A DNA stretch of 18,225 bases from Candidatus Moanibacter sp. (GTDB lineage: Bacteria > Verrucomicrobiota > Verrucomicrobiia > Opitutales > UBA2987), in contig CBDCEW010000060.1 in NCBI GenBank assembly GCA_965215885.1, forward strand, positions 1 to 18,225, given 5' to 3'. Below the pieces are notes generated by a model. It was given only the letters and a program-made list of their open reading frames with translations, made no database searches and was not told where the DNA came from. Shown one piece after another: positions 16,438 to 18,225 of this stretch. Position 1 is the stretch's first letter. Every line of letters starts with the position of its first letter. The position numbers were made by a program, and so were the translations under genes.

Positions 16438-17333
16438 CTACTGATTTTCGAATTTTTCAGCAACGCCGATCAACTTGTCCCAACACTGGTTACGGATAGC
16501 CCGCTCTTTGTAATGGTCGCTCTGGCTGACATTGATGGGGTTGGAGAAAGTCAGGATATTGCGTGCGTCGACGGCGTTCTCCCGCTTGTTCCAGTCGGTC
16601 GGATGGTCGAGCGCCTCCGAAGCATGATTCCAGGTGGGCGCGGCGTTTTCGCCGGTTCTCGTGAAAAGGAACTTCACCATGTGCCGGGGGGCGGATGATC
16701 GATTGGCGAACGTACCGTGCCAGAGATCGTAGTGAGTCAATGCGATCGTTCCCGCTTTGACAACTAGGGGGACTTGCCCGCGGATATTGGTATAGGTGGC
16801 CATGCGATCGGTCGGTGCGTTGCGGAAATGCGTCCCCGGTACGATGACGGGTGGACCCATCTCAGCCATAACATGACGGGGATAGTAAAGCCCCAGCATC
16901 TGGTTGATGCCGATGTCGCGCTCGTTGCGACTGTCCTGATGCCATTGCATGTAACTGGCTCCGGCCTTTTTGCAATGCCAGTGGCGGTGTGCTTCCACTT
17001 CGTAGTTCTTGCCCAGGAGGCTCTGGAGCACGCCGCCTACAACGGAATGATGCAGGATCTGCCGGAGTTCCGGCACCTTTTCAGTGATAGCGTCCCCGGG
17101 ATTCTTCCTGAGCCTGTCGAGCCTTTTGGCGATTGTCTCGTGCAGCCCTTTCGGGTAGCGCGGCCGGACCAGGTGGTAGCCGTTGACGATAAAGCGGGCG
17201 ACATCGGCGTCGGAGAGGAGGTAGCGTTTTTTAATCGCTCCGGGTTCAATTCCCCGAAGCTTGCTTCGTACCTTCAATTTTGAGATCTGGAAACTCAAAT
17301 GCCTCGGGGCTTGCCCCGAGGATCTTTACTCAT
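16438..17333 (-). CDS. Phytanoyl-CoA dioxygenase (PhyH)-family Fe(II)/2-oxoglutarate enzyme, 5' end interrupted by a 95-bp element
   Basis: F..NGY, WHQD (HxD), VPGTH, HYDLWHG, RHMVKF motifs; native ATG 17333 with AAGGA RBS; removing 17235-17329 gives MIKKRYLLSD... (266 aa); alternative TTG start at 17298. Confidence 0.82.
17235..17329 (+). mobile_element. 95-bp non-autonomous IS200/IS605-type mini-element (PATE-like)
   Basis: Two related hairpins CGAAGC-TT-GCTTCG (17255-17268) and CCTCGGGGC-TT-GCCCCGAGG (17302-17321); lies 3' of TTAA, ends in TTAC, no target duplication; removal restores the host frame. Confidence 0.78.
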
Positions 17334-17388
17334 GAAAGATTCCTTTTAGATAATTCGCCATTCGATCCTGTTGGTGCTGCCCATGCAA

Positions 17389-17603
17389 TTACAAATATTC
17401 GACGGCAAGTCTGATTTCAGCAACCGGCCTGTAGCGGACTTCACGTCCCACCTTGTTTTGGTGAATAAGGTCCAATTCCAGGAGGGACTTCGCGGCACGC
17501 GAAATCGCCGTCTGGCTCTTACCAAGATGCGCCGCGAGCTTTTTTGTGTCAGAACACCTGCGCCACCCAGTGCTCTTAGAATGACCTTATCCGAAAAGCT
17601 ACT
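17389..17603 (-). pseudogene. Winged helix-turn-helix (MarR/ArsR-like) remnant, frameshifted
   Basis: SSFSDKVILRALGGAGVLTQK, then after a one-base shift at the A6 run (17545-17540) KLAAHLGKSQTAISRAAKSLLELDLIHQNKVGREVRYRPVAEIRLAVEYL*. Confidence 0.55.
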
Positions 17604-17725
17604 GATTGGCCGCAAAGAGGCGCAAAAGGCGCAAGAAAAACTTGAGAAAAATCATTTTTTGGCTTGATAAAAAGTGTCGCAACATGCTAGTGTTTAACAA
17701 CCTAAGATTAAGAAAGGAGTTAAAC

Positions 17726-18225
17726 ATGCCAACATGTGCGACAGAGGAGAACAAAAGCGATAAGACGCCCCTTAGCAACCTCATTCTGCCGGTTCCAGAC
17801 ACGGATTTCCGTGATTTTCTGGATGAAGTTGAAGAATTGGCCGGGTTCGCGGCGCAAATCATCGAGGCGATCGAGAAGGATCTGGACGCCCCTGCGCGTG
17901 AGAAGAAGAAACTTCGATTGGAAGATCGCAGGTTCTTTGAAGGGCGCACAGCGGAGCTGCCGGAGCTGGACATCGAGGAGGAGAATATTCTGGCTGCTGA
18001 ATTGAATCTTGGGGCAGGCCGGCCGCGGATGCCGGCTTATGCGGTATACGTGTTCGTGATGATTCGAGGGTTTCTCTGGGTTCGTTGACCACGAAACCGG
18101 CACGGCGGTTTGTGCGCGAGTCGATGAGCTTGTACGGATTTTTGCAGAGCGGGGGACTGAGAATGCCGGCGGTGACGACGATTCTGGAGAACGTGAACCT
18201 GGTCAGCCATACGACCCGCGAGTTG
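17726..18225 (+). pseudogene. Transposase N-terminus (ISNCY/IS5-like), frameshifted near 18075, runs off window end
   Basis: AAGGAG RBS, ATG 17726, GRPRMP motif; stop at 18086-18088 but the -1 frame continues open as GSLTTKPARRFVRESMSLYGF...PAVTTILENVNLVSHTTREL. Confidence 0.6.

Noticed and set aside
2751..17283. Many antisense and alternative-frame ORFs in the track overlapping the called genes
   Set aside because: Expected shadows of GC-rich coding sequence; none has a recognisable domain.

Overview
Bacterial window, probably Verrucomicrobiota/PVC (inferred from the DUF5069 gene and repeat style). Left to right: the 5' part of a methionyl-tRNA synthetase gene (minus strand) preceded by a Met-rich leader peptide and terminator that look like a ribosome-mediated attenuator; a complete IS4-family element (15-bp TIRs, 9-bp target duplication); a ~185-nt highly structured intergenic RNA candidate; a DUF5069 gene; a two-gene molybdopterin oxidoreductase (Tat-less catalytic subunit plus a fused 4x[4Fe-4S]/NrfD subunit); an orphan DUF433 antitoxin remnant; a 2374-bp IS with a 741-aa DDE transposase (13-bp TIRs, 5-bp target duplication) and an acidic hypothetical gene, both between two 66-bp GTAG-REP-containing direct repeats; an enolase-superfamily acid-sugar dehydratase; an arylsulfatase-K-like sulfatase interrupted by one in-frame TAG; an Asp-box beta-propeller protein; a PhyH-type dioxygenase whose start is split by a 95-bp IS200/IS605-type mini-element; a frameshifted wHTH remnant; and the frameshifted start of another transposase. 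All calls come from reading the sequence by eye; no searches or folding programs were run.
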